Of a stretch of 64,000 nt of DNA, positions 61,249-64,000 are shown piece by piece (position 1 is the stretch's first letter; each line of letters opens with the position of its first letter). The DNA comes from Octopus vulgaris. Taxonomy: Eukaryota. The notes under the pieces were generated by a model, which did no database searches, was not told the origin of the DNA, and saw nothing but the letters and a program-made list of their open reading frames with translations. The stretch spans positions 59,954,001 to 60,018,000 of the forward strand of contig OX597832.1 of NCBI GenBank assembly GCA_951406725.2, written 5' to 3'. A program made the position numbers and the translations under genes.

Positions 61249-61478
61249 TTAGTGTGTGTGTGTGTGTGTGTATGTATGTTTGTGTGTCAGTGTTTGTCCC
61301 CCCAACATCGCTTGACAACCGATGCTGGGGTGTTTACGTTCCCTAACTTTGCGGTTCGGCAAAAGAGACCGATAGAATAAGTACTAGGCTTACAAAGAAT
61401 AAGTTCTGAGATCGATTTGCTCGACTAAAGGCGGTGCTCCAGCATGGCCGCAGTCAAATGACTGAAATAAGTAAAAGT
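61048..61478 (+). mobile_element. SINE family A inserted into a SINE family B copy (60908-61047 and about 61500-61572)
   Basis: Family B sequence stops at ...ATAAAATAATTACCAG and resumes as CACCGGGGTCGATGTAATCG after the A copy. Confidence 0.85.
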
Positions 61479-62310
61479 GTAAAAGAGCAAACGAGTAATT
61501 GAACACCGGGGTCGATGTAATCGTCTTAACCCTTACCCCGAAATTGCTGACCTTGCGGCAAAAGTTGAAATCAATATAAGTTGTTTGTGTACACACTAGT
61601 GTGTGTGTGTGTATGTCTGTATATAAATGTTCCTGAAAATAGTCGTGAGGTATGTTTGTGTATATGTTGGTACCGTTATTGTCGGTGTTAAGATAGTTCT
61701 GTCGTAAATCATCGGTGCGTGGAATTCTAATAGTTTAGCCGCTGTGTTATGTACTTAAGAGCCTGTGATAAAACAAATATATTATCTTTAATAAACCACG
61801 CCTCCTACCTCGATCTTTAAGGCCTGTTTATTTTTCTTCATTTCTCTCCATACTTTTCGTTCTACTTATTTGTTTCCTTATTTATTTATCATATTCCTCC
61901 ATTCATATCAAATTGTTTATTTATTTGGATACTACGAGATGATCACCAAAATCTTTAGAAAGCAAATTATTTTGATAAATGGAGTTCTCTTACTTTATCT
62001 TTTATTTCTTGATTTTATTGAATTTAATTCATGACATTATTTTTACGTATTCGTCGATCTACTTTCCTCGCTTCCTTAGTACACATCATATATGGTAATT
62101 CCAGTATTTGTAAATATTGAAATCTGTCGAATATGGTGAACATATGATGAAAATATTTGCTACTTATAACAGAGGCTGGTGTCTTAACTTGCCATGAAAT
62201 GCTCTGAAATGTAATCTGTTCGTGATGTTACAACGCAGTTACATTTATAAGAGTCGATGCAGTATCACTAATGATACCAACTAACACTTCATTTCACTTC
62301 GTTTATTTGA

Positions 62311-62373
<63 letters not shown>

Positions 62374-62445
62374 TGTGCCTGTGTGTATATATTGTAAAAA
62401 CACTATAAAACACACATATATATATGTAAATGTATATAACGTATA

Positions 62446-62684
62446 TACTCTTTACTTGTTTCAGTTATTTGACTGTGGCCATGCTGGAGCACCGCCTTTA
62501 GTTGAGCAAACTGACACCAGGACTTATTCTTTGTAAGCCTAGTACTTATTCTATCGGTCTCTTTTGCCGAACCGCTACATTACGGGGACGTAAACACCGC
62601 AGCATCGGTTGTCAAGCGATGTTGTGGGGGTAAACACAGACACACAAACATACACACACACATACTTACAGATATATGTATATA

Positions 62685-62739
<55 letters not shown>

Positions 62740-62888
62740 GTTTCCGTCTACCAAATGCACTCACAAGGATTTGGTCAGCCCGAGGCTATAGTTGAAGACA
62801 CTTGCCCAAGGTGCCACGCAGTGGGACTGAACACGGAAGCATGTAGTTCGTAAGCAACCTACTTACCACACAGCCACTCCTACGCCTT
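62446..62888 (-). mobile_element. SINE family A, full length
   Basis: Matches family A consensus. Confidence 0.9.
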
Positions 62889-62894
62889 ATACAT

Positions 62895-62999
<105 letters not shown>

Positions 63000-63126
63000 A
63001 CAAAAACACCTTTTATCAATTCAATAATGAAAAACTAAATTATACCATTTCGAAAAATCACATCTTATAGAAAGATTAAATATAAGATTAAACATATAAC
63101 AATGATTATGTAATGTGCAAAATAAA

Positions 63127-63191
<65 letters not shown>

Positions 63192-63217
63192 TGTATGTAT
63201 GTTTGTATGTATGTATG

Positions 63218-63283
<66 letters not shown>

Positions 63284-63433
63284 AGTAAAAGCAATTAAGA
63301 TTCAAGTCAGTTCTAATGAATTCACTTGAATGCGGTACTTAACTTAGATGCACCAGAAAACTATATGGTATTAACCATACAATAATGTGGGGTGATTATA
63401 AACGAGAAAAAAGCAACAAGAATGGATTAGTTC

Positions 63434-63522
63434 TTTAGTACAATTGTTTCATACAAAGACAGGCTTTATTAAAAGCTGCAAATATTGCAGTAAATACAAG
63501 TGTCCCGTACTCATCAGCTAAA
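63434..63522 (-). ncRNA. Type I hammerhead ribozyme motif with extended stem II
   Basis: Minus strand TTTAG-CTGATGA-GTACGGGACA...(long loop)...TGTCTTTGTAT-GAAAC-AATTGTA-CTAAA: perfect 5-bp stem I, intact core, palindromic ACAAUUGU stem III, GUA triplet. Confidence 0.75.
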
Positions 63523-63657
63523 ACACATATGAGTTCTCCAAACATCCTAGTGGGTGAGGCTACACTCATGAAGTATCGGAGATAGTTCTATAAAAAGCGG
63601 ATTTAGGTTGTAAGCGGACTTCCAAAGTTCTTTAATGATGATGCACAGTCTTATCTC

Positions 63658-63706
<49 letters not shown>

Positions 63707-64000
63707 TACACACACACACATGTGTACATGCATGCAAATGTATGTTTCTATACGCACACAAACACCCTCACATACACCTACGTGCATACATACATGTATA
63801 CATATAAATATAAGAAAACTGTTTAAAAATGCAGACAAAAGCAACACAAATGATCTGTAAGGAAAGAGGAAACTGTAAGAGGAGAGGAAGAGAAAACTAA
63901 ATCACATCGAAAAAGAAAGAAAGAAATTTCAGGAAGAAAGCTAAACAAATGAGTCTAATTGTTTATCTCAAATATTATTTTGTTGATAATGACCTTTTTA

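Overview
AT-rich, microsatellite-saturated, non-coding eukaryotic DNA (intergenic or deep intronic). The repeat families and simple-repeat density look to me like a coleoid cephalopod (Octopus-like); this is recall and inference, not a database result. No host protein-coding exon can be supported, and nearly all ORFs in the track are translations of (TA)n, (CA)n, (TACA)n, (GATA)n or trinucleotide arrays. The window holds about 40 copies or fragments of at least four tRNA-headed SINE families, plus decayed LINE pieces (RTE, R4/Dong-like, CR1, Tx1/L1-like). DNA transposons include a maT/DD37D-like element with a mariner nested inside it, hAT-type MITEs and a probable non-autonomous Helitron. The most interesting signal is a set of short microsatellite-embedded elements carrying minimal type I hammerhead ribozyme motifs, resembling Penelope-like terminal repeats or retrozymes. 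They fall into at least four sequence families, including one with a variant CUGUUGA core and one copy duplicated as a near-perfect inverted repeat around a (TA)n spacer. A roughly 10 kb SINE-free zone contains short unique islands rich in transcription-factor-like motifs, suggesting a regulatory landscape.
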